64,000 bases of DNA from a virus (Duplodnaviria > Heunggongvirae > Uroviricota > Caudoviricetes), in the IMG/VR virus record IMGVR_UViG_3300035696_001272; one strand, 5' to 3'. The position numbers were made by a program, and so were the translations under genes. Below, one piece after another: positions 49,980-59,692 of the stretch. The notes under the pieces are model-generated. The model was not told where the DNA came from. It saw only the letters and a program-made list of their open reading frames with translations, and ran no database searches. Position 1 is the stretch's first letter, and each line of letters begins with the position of its first letter.

Positions 49980-50425
49980 TTCCAGAAAAAGGTCAGCAGG
50001 TTAAGTGTTACATGCGTTCCGGTATTGTGCTAGAAGGAACAGTGGTAAGTTGGGGCAATGCAGAAGTTATATTAAAACTTTTGGATCGAAACTTAATGAT
50101 TATCCATCGGCCGACCGACGATATAATGCTCACCAAGGTTATGATTTTCGAAGAACCTGCCGAGTCGCAGGATGACGAACCAAAACCAGAAAAACCAATG
50201 CCTGATGCGAAGGGAAGAGAAGATCGTATAAGGAAGAAATTGCAGGAAATGCAAGATTCTCACGATCTTGATCTTCAGAAAAAGAGTGTCGAAGAGTTGC
50301 GACAAATGATCTTGGAAGAAGATAGAAAAATGATTGCCGAAAAGACGAAAGAACATTTCGGCTCTATTAGTTCTCCAAAGATGACGCAATACAGTTCGCC
50401 TTATACCCCCAAGCGTCATAAGTAA
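49976..50425 (+). CDS. Hfq/Sm-like N-terminal domain plus charged helical tail
   Basis: GQQVKCYMRSGIVLEGTVVSW...VILK resembles the Hfq Sm1 pattern V.IYL.NG..L.G.I.SFD...ILLK. Confidence 0.45.
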   Translation: MIPEKGQQVKCYMRSGIVLEGTVVSWGNAEVILKLLDRNLMIIHRPTDDIMLTKVMIFEEPAESQDDEPKPEKPMPDAKGREDRIRKKLQEMQDSHDLDLQKKSVEELRQMILEEDRKMIAEKTKEHFGSISSPKMTQYSSPYTPKRHK

Positions 50426-50441
50426 GCACTGAAGGATGTAG

Positions 50442-51149
50442 ATGGAACCATTAGATTTTACTAGAAGCCGAGCCCTCAACAATATTCCAGCTAAAAAGCT
50501 ACAGGAAGAGCTATCTAACATACAGAACAGCGAAGATGCCCTTGACGTTAAAACTGTCAAATTGATTGCTACCAATCGTTATGCTGAGAGCAACATCCCT
50601 ATCGAATATTGGAAGCTCAAAATGGAAAAGGATTTCGTTGGAGATCCTCGCCTCAAAACAAAATATGACGAATACACATCCGATATCAAAGCTTCCTACA
50701 ATGCAGGCAACTCCATTTGTTTGGCCGGTGGCCATGGTCTAGGCAAGACTATGACGGTAACCTGTATTCTCAAAAAGGCCAGCCAAAAAGGTTACTCTTG
50801 CTTGTACACGACTCTCAGCGATATCGTTAGTGTTTTGACTCAAGCCAGTGGTGAAGATAGATTTCTGGCCAGACATGAATTAGTCCTGGTTGATTTTCTA
50901 GCTATCGATGAGTTCGATCCTAGATTTATGGCCACAGAAAATGCAGCAGACTTGTATGCTAGAACATTGGAGAATGTTTTCCGTGTTCGCAGTGCAAACA
51001 AACTACCCACGCTTATGTGCACTAACAGTCCTAACGTAGTTGAAAGCTTTAGTGGTCCCCTCAGAGCCAGCATTGATAGCTTGATGAAGGGTTATTTGAA
51101 AGTATTCCCTGTTCTTGGTGAGGACTTTAGAAAGAAAGGTGCCAAATGA
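50442..51149 (+). CDS. DnaC/IstB-like AAA+ helicase loader
   Basis: GGHGLGKT Walker A, FLAIDEF Walker B, R.ANKLPTLMCTN, GEDFRK. Confidence 0.85.
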   Translation: MEPLDFTRSRALNNIPAKKLQEELSNIQNSEDALDVKTVKLIATNRYAESNIPIEYWKLKMEKDFVGDPRLKTKYDEYTSDIKASYNAGNSICLAGGHGLGKTMTVTCILKKASQKGYSCLYTTLSDIVSVLTQASGEDRFLARHELVLVDFLAIDEFDPRFMATENAADLYARTLENVFRVRSANKLPTLMCTNSPNVVESFSGPLRASIDSLMKGYLKVFPVLGEDFRKKGAK

Positions 51150-52555
51150 GCTTTGATAATTTGGATTTAAGAGTTCTCAAAACTATCATTACTAACAAAA
51201 AGCACGGATTAGATTTTGCTAACGACAGCGATCCTAATCTCTTCTCTGGCGATTTGTGGAATTTTGCCAACTTAACTGTTGGTTACATACGAACCTACAA
51301 AGAACTGCCGACTCTACGTGTCATCACTGAGAAGCTTTCCAAAGGCAATAATGAAAACCTAATGAAGAAGGTTACATCCGTTTGGGAAGAGTTGGATAAG
51401 ATACACGTTGATGATAAAGAATACAAGCATGACTTGGAGAAAATCAAGAAACGTTTTGCCGAGAAGCAATTGCTGGCCACTGGCGGATTCCTTAGTAAAC
51501 TAGAACCTGGTAACGTGGACGTTGGCAAAGCAGTTGTAGAATTGCAGAAGGCCGTCCAATCTATCAAGGGACTTAATCAAATTCGTACCTTCGAAAGAAG
51601 AACTCTGAAAGATGATGTGCCACTCTTTCGAGACGAATACATGGCTAAGCAGGAAGATCCAGATTTCGATGCTGGTATCAAGACTGGTTATTCGTATTTA
51701 GATTTGGTGACTGATGGCCTACGACCTGGTGAACTGTTGCTGATTGGTGGTGAATCTGGTGGCGGTAAATCCATGCTCTTGATGAACATGGCCCTTCAAA
51801 TTTGGTTGCAGAACAACAACGTTGATATGGAAGAAAAAGACTTTAAGCCAGGTTTCAACGTACTATACTTTTCGTTGGAGATGCCGTTCAAGCCCTGTCG
51901 TAACCGTATCTTGGGTAGATTGTCATCCAATCCAACCAAGCTCATTCGCACAGCTAAGCTGGGCCTCCCGGAAGCCGAGAAGCTTAAGAAAGTATTGCGC
52001 TTCATTAAAAAATATCCTGCTCAATTCGAAATCGTGGATATCCCTCGTGGAGCCACTATGGAGAGTCTTGAGCTGTTATATGAAGAAGCCAAGTTGCTCT
52101 ACGACCCAAAAGTAATCGTAATAGACTACTTAGGATTGATGGACTACGAAGGCGCCGATATGGAGGATTGGCTCAAGTTAGGAAAGATTGCAGAAAGAAT
52201 CCACGAGTTCGCCAGAGTTCATAACGTAATCGTTTTGAGCGCTGTGCAACTCAACCGACCAAAAGGGGCCAAAGAGGAAGACCGAATTGGTTTGCATCGT
52301 ATTGGTCGCTCGGCTTTGATTATGCAAAACGCAAACATTGCTATCCAAATTGAGACTCGTCCCAATGAGAAGAACTTCCCAGATATGAAGTATCATGTTA
52401 TCAAAAACAGAGACGGAGAACTGGGTGATGGTAGGCTAATAAAGAACCTAGCTTATGGCACTTTGATAGATGAAAAAGTAGATGAAGATCCGACCACTTT
52501 TACTATGCGTGACCCTGACGATATTTCGGAAAAGATTGAATTATTTGACATATAA
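51146..52555 (+). CDS. dnaB: Replicative DNA helicase, DnaB family
   Basis: IKTGY..LD..T.GL.PGEL..IGGESGGGKS, YFSLEM, IDYLGLM, AVQLNR, KNRDG. Confidence 0.9.
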   Translation: MSFDNLDLRVLKTIITNKKHGLDFANDSDPNLFSGDLWNFANLTVGYIRTYKELPTLRVITEKLSKGNNENLMKKVTSVWEELDKIHVDDKEYKHDLEKIKKRFAEKQLLATGGFLSKLEPGNVDVGKAVVELQKAVQSIKGLNQIRTFERRTLKDDVPLFRDEYMAKQEDPDFDAGIKTGYSYLDLVTDGLRPGELLLIGGESGGGKSMLLMNMALQIWLQNNNVDMEEKDFKPGFNVLYFSLEMPFKPCRNRILGRLSSNPTKLIRTAKLGLPEAEKLKKVLRFIKKYPAQFEIVDIPRGATMESLELLYEEAKLLYDPKVIVIDYLGLMDYEGADMEDWLKLGKIAERIHEFARVHNVIVLSAVQLNRPKGAKEEDRIGLHRIGRSALIMQNANIAIQIETRPNEKNFPDMKYHVIKNRDGELGDGRLIKNLAYGTLIDEKVDEDPTTFTMRDPDDISEKIELFDI

Positions 52556-52566
52556 TAGAGGTCAAA

Positions 52567-52746
52567 ATGCAAGATAAAGTAGTGGCGGAAGCCGTCCGAA
52601 TTGAGTATGAAGAGAAGACTGGAAAGCTGTTTATTGTCTTCGAAGTTAAAGATGAAAAATATAAGCAAGATATCAAAAAGAACTGGACTAAAGATATAGA
52701 ATATAGGTTAGTAGATAAAACATTAGTTGAGTCAAGTAATGAATGA
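52567..52746 (+). CDS. Small hypothetical protein (59 aa, not in ORF track)
   Basis: GAGG SD then MQDKVVAEAVRIEYEEKTGKLFIVFEV...; fills the gap after dnaB. Confidence 0.65.
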   Translation: MQDKVVAEAVRIEYEEKTGKLFIVFEVKDEKYKQDIKKNWTKDIEYRLVDKTLVESSNE

Positions 52747-53122
52747 ACGAGAGATTAAAAATCTTAGACGATTGGTATCTGAAATAGATGTTATCTGTTT
52801 ATGTTTAGCAGATCACAATTATGCGCATACATATCTTAAAGATTTATACGAGCCCTTTTATTCTGATCAAATGATAGATGTTGTTAAGAGAGGCTGTTTC
52901 GGTCGTTTCAAACATTCAGAAAATGTTTGGGCAGGTCATTGTTTTGTTGGTAAGAAAACCAAGCGTGGACACTTCAAAATTTTGATAGGTAATCAAGAGC
53001 CAAGTGACGCGATTTGGGGACAACCAACATGGTCGGAAAATTTCAGTTTATCAGATGATAAAGCCGTGGAAAAAGCAATCAATATGGTAGAAAGATTTAA
53101 TAACTTGAAAGCTTTTTGGTGA
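52739..53122 (+). CDS. Hypothetical protein, C-terminal tag family (RFNNLKAFW)
   Basis: Probable ATG at 52739; carries the shared C-terminal tag. Confidence 0.65.
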   Translation: MNEREIKNLRRLVSEIDVICLCLADHNYAHTYLKDLYEPFYSDQMIDVVKRGCFGRFKHSENVWAGHCFVGKKTKRGHFKILIGNQEPSDAIWGQPTWSENFSLSDDKAVEKAINMVERFNNLKAFW

Positions 53123-53129
53123 GGAACAA

Positions 53130-53465
53130 ATGCCAACTTATGAATTCAAATGTCAAGCCGTATTAGAAGAAGAAAAACCATGTGACCATGAGTGGGAAGA
53201 ATTTCTTTCCATCACTGCTCCAGATCCTGAGGAGTGCCCTAAGTGTCATTCAAAGGGCAAGATACTTCGCTTGATCAGCGGAGGTTCTGGTCGTGGAACT
53301 GTGGAATTATACGGTCAAGAATTAGTAGATAAGCTTAAGGCCGATGCAAACAAAATCAAGGGCGAGGCAGCAAAGAACGAGAAGGTCTATGCGAATCTAT
53401 TAGGTGAAGATCGCTATCAACAGTTACAGACACAAATGGATCAAAGGAAACGTGATCGTCGATAA
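53130..53465 (+). CDS. FmdB-family zinc-ribbon protein
   Basis: MPTYEFKC...C.H..E.......ECPKC....LRLIS. Confidence 0.8.
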   Translation: MPTYEFKCQAVLEEEKPCDHEWEEFLSITAPDPEECPKCHSKGKILRLISGGSGRGTVELYGQELVDKLKADANKIKGEAAKNEKVYANLLGEDRYQQLQTQMDQRKRDRR

Positions 53466-53478
53466 TCTTACTATCAAA

Positions 53479-53670
53479 ATGTTAGTATCTCATCTTACTG
53501 TTAAAAATTTATTGGCGAAAATTTCCGCACTGGAAGTCGATACAGAAATGACATTGGAAGAAAAACTTTCTCAAATCAAAAAGATTAAGGAAGAATTAAC
53601 TAAAGTTGGCACGGAAATTGACAGTATAAAAAAAGAGATTACATTACTAAACACTTGTAACGTAAATTGA
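53479..53670 (+). CDS. Small coiled-coil hypothetical protein
   Basis: Heptad-like LEEKLSQIKKIKEELTKV; start uncertain. Confidence 0.45.
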   Translation: MLVSHLTVKNLLAKISALEVDTEMTLEEKLSQIKKIKEELTKVGTEIDSIKKEITLLNTCNVN

Positions 53671-53676
53671 GGATAA

Positions 53677-53868
53677 ATGCCGACCTACTTGTATGAGTGC
53701 CCAATTCATGGAGAATTTGAACATCAACATTCCGTCACGGAAGAGTTAGAGTCTTGCCCAATATGTCAGGTAGAAAAACGTGAGCCGCAGAAAGTAAAGC
53801 GTCTCATTGCTGGTGGCACAGGTTTCATGTTGCTCGGCGGGGGCTGGGCAAAAGAAGGATACAAGTAA
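53677..53868 (+). CDS. FmdB-family zinc-ribbon protein
   Basis: MPTYLYEC..HGEFE...CPIC...KRLI....F.L.G.GW...GY; GAGG SD. Confidence 0.8.
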   Translation: MPTYLYECPIHGEFEHQHSVTEELESCPICQVEKREPQKVKRLIAGGTGFMLLGGGWAKEGYK

Positions 53869-53872
53869 CGTC

Positions 53873-54022
53873 ATGGGAAACAAAAAAGATGGAAGTGATA
53901 AACATAAGCTAGAACAAGTCGTTGAACTGCTTAAATTCGCTTTAACTCTTGATGATGAAGAAATAATAAAGTCTACAGTGGAATCGGTCATAGAAATTTT
54001 GGAAGAAGAAATCGGCAAGTGA
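53873..54022 (+). CDS. Small hypothetical protein
   Basis: ATG at 53873; acidic helical ORF of 49 aa. Confidence 0.45.
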   Translation: MGNKKDGSDKHKLEQVVELLKFALTLDDEEIIKSTVESVIEILEEEIGK

Positions 54023-54116
54023 ATTCAGCGTGTTGTTGCGTTGATGGCGATCTATTTTCTTGATCGTATCAATAATTGAGTATACCATTACTTTAGAACT
54101 GAAGTGAGAAAAATTA

Positions 54117-54746
54117 ATGTTGACAGAACAAGAAGCACATGACCTGATGATCAAGCTAATCGACCTCAGGACCCAGTTTAAAGACACTGGAGACCAAAAG
54201 ATTGAAGCACAGCTAAAGCGTCATGAAAAAGAATGCATCGAAAAATTTCGTTATCTAGTTACAATGAAAACTGGACGTTACAAAGCGTTTAGTAACTATG
54301 AGGATTTGAATCAAGAAGGCTTTGAAGCTCTAATCAAAGCAATGAAAACTTTCAAGCCAAACAAGGGAAACTTCTTTGCGTGGGCGCATAATTACATTGG
54401 TACTCGTATTTCGAGGAGTGCCAACTTGCACACCACTATTCGTTATCCTTTGAAGGTTGCAAAGGCAAACACTCCACACAAGGAATCTGTAATGCCAGTG
54501 CAAATTGAAGAAAGATATTGCCCTGATAAGGAGCTTGAAGAATCTCAAACCACTCATGCCGTGCAAGATGCTTTGTCTGTCCTAACTACAGAACAAAAGG
54601 AAATTATCAGTCTGGCATATGGATTTGACGGTGACAAGCCAATGTCCATTAACAAGATATGTAAGAAACTTAACATATCTCGATTGAGCTGTATCAAGAC
54701 TATAAACAGCGCTCTTTCTACGATGAAAGAGAACATCAAAATATAA
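54117..54746 (+). CDS. Sigma-70-family RNA polymerase sigma factor
   Basis: Region 2 (EDL.QEG..ALIKA...F.P.KG.F..WA) and region 4 HTH (LT.EQKEII.L.YG......S...I...LNIS). Confidence 0.85.
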   Translation: MLTEQEAHDLMIKLIDLRTQFKDTGDQKIEAQLKRHEKECIEKFRYLVTMKTGRYKAFSNYEDLNQEGFEALIKAMKTFKPNKGNFFAWAHNYIGTRISRSANLHTTIRYPLKVAKANTPHKESVMPVQIEERYCPDKELEESQTTHAVQDALSVLTTEQKEIISLAYGFDGDKPMSINKICKKLNISRLSCIKTINSALSTMKENIKI

Positions 54747-54800
54747 CCGTCACCAAATAACAAGTTGGGACTTTAACTTAATTCTCTTCAAGGATGGATT

Positions 54801-57305
54801 ATGCAGGGATACATTTATTCTCAGGTTTTGGAAGCATCAATAGAATACTTCGGAGGCGATGAATTCGCAGCTAAGGTATTTGTAGACAAATATGCTTTGC
54901 AAGACATGAAAGGTACATATTTGGAATTGACTCCAACAGATATGCACCACCGTTTAGCAAAAGAGTTCGCAAGGGTTGAAAATAAATATCCCAATCCACT
55001 TTCCGAAGATATAATTTTTTCTTTGCTAGATCATTACAAGTTTATTGTACCACAGGGCAGTCCTATGTCTGCTATTGGTAATCCATATCAGCTTCAAAGT
55101 TTATCTAATTGTTTTGTCATTCAAGGCGTTCATTCAGATAAACTAGATTCTTATGGTGGAATTATGTTAGCCGATCAAGAGCTAGCCCAAATCATGAAGC
55201 GCAGAGGTGGTGTTGGTTTGGATATTTCAGGCATTCGACCTAAAGATGTAATCACTAACAACGCAGCTAGAACAACTGATGGCATCGGCGTATTCATGGA
55301 GAGGTTCTCCAATACTTGTCGTGAGGTCGCACAGAATGGTAGGCGTGGCGCAGAGATGATTACCATTTCAGTTAATCATCCGGAGATTGAACGATTTATC
55401 AATATCAAACGTAATCTAACCAAAGTAACTGGTGCTAATATTTCTATTCGTCTAACTGATGAATTTATGAAGGCCGTAAAGAACGATCAAGAATATACTC
55501 TCCGTTGGCCAGTTGATCGTTCTCCAGAAGATGCAAAAGTGACAAAGCAGGTAAAGGCCAAGGAGATTTGGGATCAGATAATAGACTCCGCTTGGGCATC
55601 TGCCGAGCCGGGTCTTTTGTTTTGGGACACTGTTAAGAAAAACACTCCTTCTGATATCTACCATGAATTTGGTCACAATTCAATTTCTACTAATCCATGT
55701 GGTGAAATTGTATTGCCCGCTTATGATGCTTGTAGATTATTGGTTCTCAATTTATCCTCTTATGTCAAAAATCCATTTACCGATGATGCCTCTTTTGATT
55801 TCAAAAAGTTTCATCAGCATACTATAGTTGCTCAGCGTTTGATGGATGACATTATTGATTTAGAGATTGAGTGCATTGATAGAATTATTGCTAAGATTGA
55901 GAAGGATCCGGAGCCAGAAGAAGTCAAGGCAGCTGAAGTTCGGTTATGGCATAAGATTCGTCGTATGAACACGTCTGGCCGCAGAACTGGTTTGGGTATC
56001 ACTGCTTTAGGAGATACTCTTGCTATGTTAGGCATCAAGTACGGCTCTCCGAAGTCCATTGAAATGACTCGTAAGATTTATCGTGCTTTGGCTGTTGGTT
56101 CACACACCTCTTCCTGCATAATGGCTAAGGAGCGTGGAGCATTCCCAATCTTCAATTACGAATTAGAAAAGAATCACGCTTACCTCAAGGATATTTTTGC
56201 TGACTGCACTCCTGAAGTAAGAAAAATGTGGAAAACAACCGGCCGAAGAAACATTGCTAACACAACCACGGCCCCCGCAGGATCAGTATCCTCGCAGACT
56301 AGAACCTCTTCCGGTATTGAGCCAGTTTATATGCTAGAGCACATTCGACGCAAAAAGCATAATCCGTCTGATAAAAATGCACGTGTAGACTTCGTAGATG
56401 CGTTGGGTGATTCGTGGCAAGAATTTACTGTTTACCACCACGGTGTTAAAGAGTGGATGCTGGCTACTAACGAAACTGATATTACCAAGTCACCATATTT
56501 TGGAGCGACTGCTAACGAAATTGATTGGGTGGCGTCTGTTGATTTACAGGCTGCCGCACAAGAATCAATTGATCATAGCATTAGCAAAACTTGTAACTTG
56601 CCCGAGAGCGCAAGCAAAGATTTGGTTTCTCAGGTGTACATGAGAGCCTGGGAAAAGGGATGCAAAGGATTTACAGTTTATCGTGATAAGTGTCGCGATG
56701 GTGTGTTGATTAGCAAGCCAACTGCCACTCGTAAACCTGATGAAAGGCCAGAAGCCATTGAAGTATCTATGGCGCCTAAACGTCCTCTGGAACTTCCATG
56801 TGAAATTAAGAAAGCAAAAATTCAGGGTGAGCAGTGGACCATTTTCGTTGGGCTCCTCAATAACAAACCGTATGAAGTTTTCGGAGGTTTGTCTAGGTAT
56901 GTAGATATCCCAAATAAATTCAAAATGGGTAAAGTCGTCAAGAATGGTAAAGTCGACGATATCACAACCTACAATTTGATTATTGGCGAAGGTGAAGATC
57001 AAATGACCATTAAAGATATCGCTAACGTTTTTGAGAATGGTAACTTTGGAGCCTTTACCAGAACTATTTCGCTAGCTTTGCGTCATGGCACTCCGGTGCA
57101 GTATGTGGTGGAGCAGCTTCAAAAAGACAAACATTCTGATATTACTTCTTTTTCTAAAGTGATTGCTAGAGTGCTTAAGAACTATATTGCCGACGGTACC
57201 AAGTCTACTGCCGAACGAAAATGTCCTAAGTGTGGTAGCGAAAATTCCTTTGCCTATCAAGAAAAGTGTCTTAAGTGCATGAATTGTGATTGGAGCAAGT
57301 GCTAA
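54801..57305 (+). CDS. nrdJ: Class II (B12-dependent) ribonucleotide reductase
   Basis: SNCFV, GGVG, TNPCGEI, RRTGLG, TTAPAGS, SSGIEP, SISKT.N, KG.TVYRD; C-terminal zinc-ribbon; no beta subunit adjacent. Confidence 0.85.
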   Translation: MQGYIYSQVLEASIEYFGGDEFAAKVFVDKYALQDMKGTYLELTPTDMHHRLAKEFARVENKYPNPLSEDIIFSLLDHYKFIVPQGSPMSAIGNPYQLQSLSNCFVIQGVHSDKLDSYGGIMLADQELAQIMKRRGGVGLDISGIRPKDVITNNAARTTDGIGVFMERFSNTCREVAQNGRRGAEMITISVNHPEIERFINIKRNLTKVTGANISIRLTDEFMKAVKNDQEYTLRWPVDRSPEDAKVTKQVKAKEIWDQIIDSAWASAEPGLLFWDTVKKNTPSDIYHEFGHNSISTNPCGEIVLPAYDACRLLVLNLSSYVKNPFTDDASFDFKKFHQHTIVAQRLMDDIIDLEIECIDRIIAKIEKDPEPEEVKAAEVRLWHKIRRMNTSGRRTGLGITALGDTLAMLGIKYGSPKSIEMTRKIYRALAVGSHTSSCIMAKERGAFPIFNYELEKNHAYLKDIFADCTPEVRKMWKTTGRRNIANTTTAPAGSVSSQTRTSSGIEPVYMLEHIRRKKHNPSDKNARVDFVDALGDSWQEFTVYHHGVKEWMLATNETDITKSPYFGATANEIDWVASVDLQAAAQESIDHSISKTCNLPESASKDLVSQVYMRAWEKGCKGFTVYRDKCRDGVLISKPTATRKPDERPEAIEVSMAPKRPLELPCEIKKAKIQGEQWTIFVGLLNNKPYEVFGGLSRYVDIPNKFKMGKVVKNGKVDDITTYNLIIGEGEDQMTIKDIANVFENGNFGAFTRTISLALRHGTPVQYVVEQLQKDKHSDITSFSKVIARVLKNYIADGTKSTAERKCPKCGSENSFAYQEKCLKCMNCDWSKC

Positions 57306-57334
57306 ATATCAATTAACTAGCATTGCTATTAAAG

Positions 57335-57736
57335 ATGAAAGCAACAGTACTTCTCAATTATAGCGATAACACGCGCCAGGTAGAAGAAGAAGAGAAAACT
57401 CGCTTTCTACGAGGCATACTGGAACAGTGTTTCGAAGGAACTGACGTAATTAATCAAATTCAAACAATTTGGCCTGAAGAAGGTTTACTGTCTGTTACGC
57501 AAAAAGTAAAATTGAGAAACATTCTTGGCACATACAACCTTCAGGTCATAGATGACCTCGATGGTCATATGAAGATCTATCTTGAGAACGATTTGATTGC
57601 TGAATGGTTTAAGTGTACCTACAAGCTTAAAAGAGATCTAAAAGTTATGGATCCCAAGCACCGCATTTATCTTGAAATGGAAGTTAACTGCTGGTCAGTC
57701 TTTGACGCGCCAGAAGAACCTGAAGAGACAGAATGA
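57335..57736 (+). CDS. Hypothetical protein
   Basis: ATG at 57335; ATGA overlap with the phoH-like gene. Confidence 0.6.
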   Translation: MKATVLLNYSDNTRQVEEEEKTRFLRGILEQCFEGTDVINQIQTIWPEEGLLSVTQKVKLRNILGTYNLQVIDDLDGHMKIYLENDLIAEWFKCTYKLKRDLKVMDPKHRIYLEMEVNCWSVFDAPEEPEETE

Positions 57737-59043
57737 GAAGAACATACGTACTTGATACGTCTACCTTAATTTATGATCCTTGTGCTTTTAAACAATTCTC
57801 TGACAGCGATGTGACAATCCCAATTGCTGTTCTCAATGAACTTGACAAGCTCAAAAAGATGCCAAGTGATGTTGGTAAGAATGCAAGAGTCGCTATTAGA
57901 CTGCTAGATGAAATTAGTGGCAAAGGCGATATTAGCACTGGCATCTTGTTAGATAATGATATCCTTCTAAAAGTAGATGCCACCTATATTGATTTGTCTG
58001 AACCGCAATATCGTGGGCTGGGCGCTCCTGATTATGCTGACACTCAGATTCTAGCCTGTGCTCAGTCTATCTGGCATTCGCATACATTGCATGATGTTAT
58101 TTTGGTTAGCAATGACATCAACCTGCGTATCAAAGCCAAAGCTCGTGGCATTGAGGCCGAAGCTCATGAAGGAACCAAGTCTTCCTTAAGTGATTTGTAT
58201 TCTGGCATTCAAACCGTTCACAATGAAGAGGCTGGTCTGGAATTGCAAAGACTGGGAGCAATCAATGCGACACAATACGGATTGCAATTATCTCCCAATG
58301 AGTGTGTTTTGTTTCAGAGCAACAACGGAGATGGCATTGCCATGGGTCGCAAAACTTCTTCCGACATTGTTAGATTGATACGCAAGTCTTATCCGTGGGG
58401 CATTGCTAGCCGCAACAAAGAGCAAGCTTTCTCCATTGATCTAATATTAGATAGAAGTGTTAACTTGGTTACACTAATTGGTAGAGCTGGTACCGGCAAA
58501 AGCTTAATGGTGTTATCTTCTGCTTTAGAATTAGTTCTCAACAGAAAAGAATATGACAAATTCATTATCTACCGACCAATTCAGCCAGTGGGTAACGACA
58601 TCGGTTATCTACCTGGTACAATGGAAGAGAAATTGGCTCCATGGTTTGGTGCTATTATGGACAATTTTGAAATCCTCTTCTCCAATAAAAATGGTGGTGA
58701 CTGGTTAAGAGAATTGGAAATGTATCAAAGAAAGGGTAAGATCGAAATGGAAGCTATTACCTATATTAGAGGTCGTAGTATTCCAAACGCCATTATCTTA
58801 GTTGATGAATGTCAAAACTTAAGTAAAGAAGATGTTAAAACAATACTTACCCGTGCAGGTGAAAACACCAAAATTATCCTAACAGGTGATATAGAGCAGA
58901 TCGATAATTCGTCACTAGATGCAACTAGCAACGGATTAACTCATGTTATCGAAAGGTTCAAGGATTCTGAGCTGGCCGGACATATTACTTTCACTCAAGG
59001 TGAACGTAGCAAGCTAGCCTCAATAGCCGCTGAAATTTTGTAA
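57733..59043 (+). CDS. phoH: PIN-PhoH (PhoH2-type) protein
   Basis: PIN motifs VLDTS, ELDKLK, D..IL, SND.NLR.KA; PhoH motifs G.AGTGKS, GYLPG...EK, RGRS, DECQN, TGD..QID. Confidence 0.9.
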   Translation: MRRTYVLDTSTLIYDPCAFKQFSDSDVTIPIAVLNELDKLKKMPSDVGKNARVAIRLLDEISGKGDISTGILLDNDILLKVDATYIDLSEPQYRGLGAPDYADTQILACAQSIWHSHTLHDVILVSNDINLRIKAKARGIEAEAHEGTKSSLSDLYSGIQTVHNEEAGLELQRLGAINATQYGLQLSPNECVLFQSNNGDGIAMGRKTSSDIVRLIRKSYPWGIASRNKEQAFSIDLILDRSVNLVTLIGRAGTGKSLMVLSSALELVLNRKEYDKFIIYRPIQPVGNDIGYLPGTMEEKLAPWFGAIMDNFEILFSNKNGGDWLRELEMYQRKGKIEMEAITYIRGRSIPNAIILVDECQNLSKEDVKTILTRAGENTKIILTGDIEQIDNSSLDATSNGLTHVIERFKDSELAGHITFTQGERSKLASIAAEIL

Positions 59044-59053
59044 GGAGTTTTTA

Positions 59054-59434
59054 ATGTCCAATAAAATGAAACAAATTGATCAACCTGCTCAACCTGCTCC
59101 TGAAGTTGTGTTGACCCCAGAAGTCGTAGCACCAGCCACTACTGCCAATGGCGTACCACTTGGTTCTGTGGTCCCTGTTCCGGTAGCGACCCCAAAACCA
59201 GAAAAGTTAGCAGATGTGGATAAATTGACTTTAGAATTGTCCAGGCAACAAAGACAAACCGCATTGGCAGAAGCAAGAACCGCTTTGGCCCAGAATGAAA
59301 AAGCAGAATTGGCTTATAAGTATGTTGTGCTACAACTTTATATGAAGTATGGTCTAACTGATGCAGATGCTATTAGTGAGGCCGGTGATATCGTTAGAGG
59401 TGGCGCTCTTCCCAAAGCACCAGTCGGAAAATAA
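59054..59434 (+). CDS. Hypothetical protein (Pro-rich N-terminus, coiled coil)
   Basis: AAGGAG SD; 126-aa ORF. Confidence 0.6.
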   Translation: MSNKMKQIDQPAQPAPEVVLTPEVVAPATTANGVPLGSVVPVPVATPKPEKLADVDKLTLELSRQQRQTALAEARTALAQNEKAELAYKYVVLQLYMKYGLTDADAISEAGDIVRGGALPKAPVGK

Positions 59435-59685
59435 TGGATTTCGAAGAACTCATCTTTCTAATTAAGATAAGAGAATATGTTGTTAACTCAACTGCTCTTC
59501 CTGCCATTGACAGGAAAGTAGTTGGCGAATTAAATGGAATTCTCTTACTTTTAGATGAAAAAATTATCGGCATCTTGACAGGCCCCGACTTCAAGGATTA
59601 CATTGGCTATAAAGATGTGCAGTTAGCTAAAGAGCGTGCTGCTAAGATTACGAATATTTATTCTGGAATCAAAGGTAGAAAGTAA
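59434..59685 (+). CDS. Hypothetical protein
   Basis: 83-aa ORF with TAATG overlap. Confidence 0.55.
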   Translation: MDFEELIFLIKIREYVVNSTALPAIDRKVVGELNGILLLLDEKIIGILTGPDFKDYIGYKDVQLAKERAAKITNIYSGIKGRK

Positions 59686-59692
59686 TTAACTA

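Noticed and set aside
51146-57305. Inteins or introns in DnaB or RNR
   Set aside because: Protein lengths are ordinary, motifs are contiguous, and no intein splice-junction or homing endonuclease motifs were seen.
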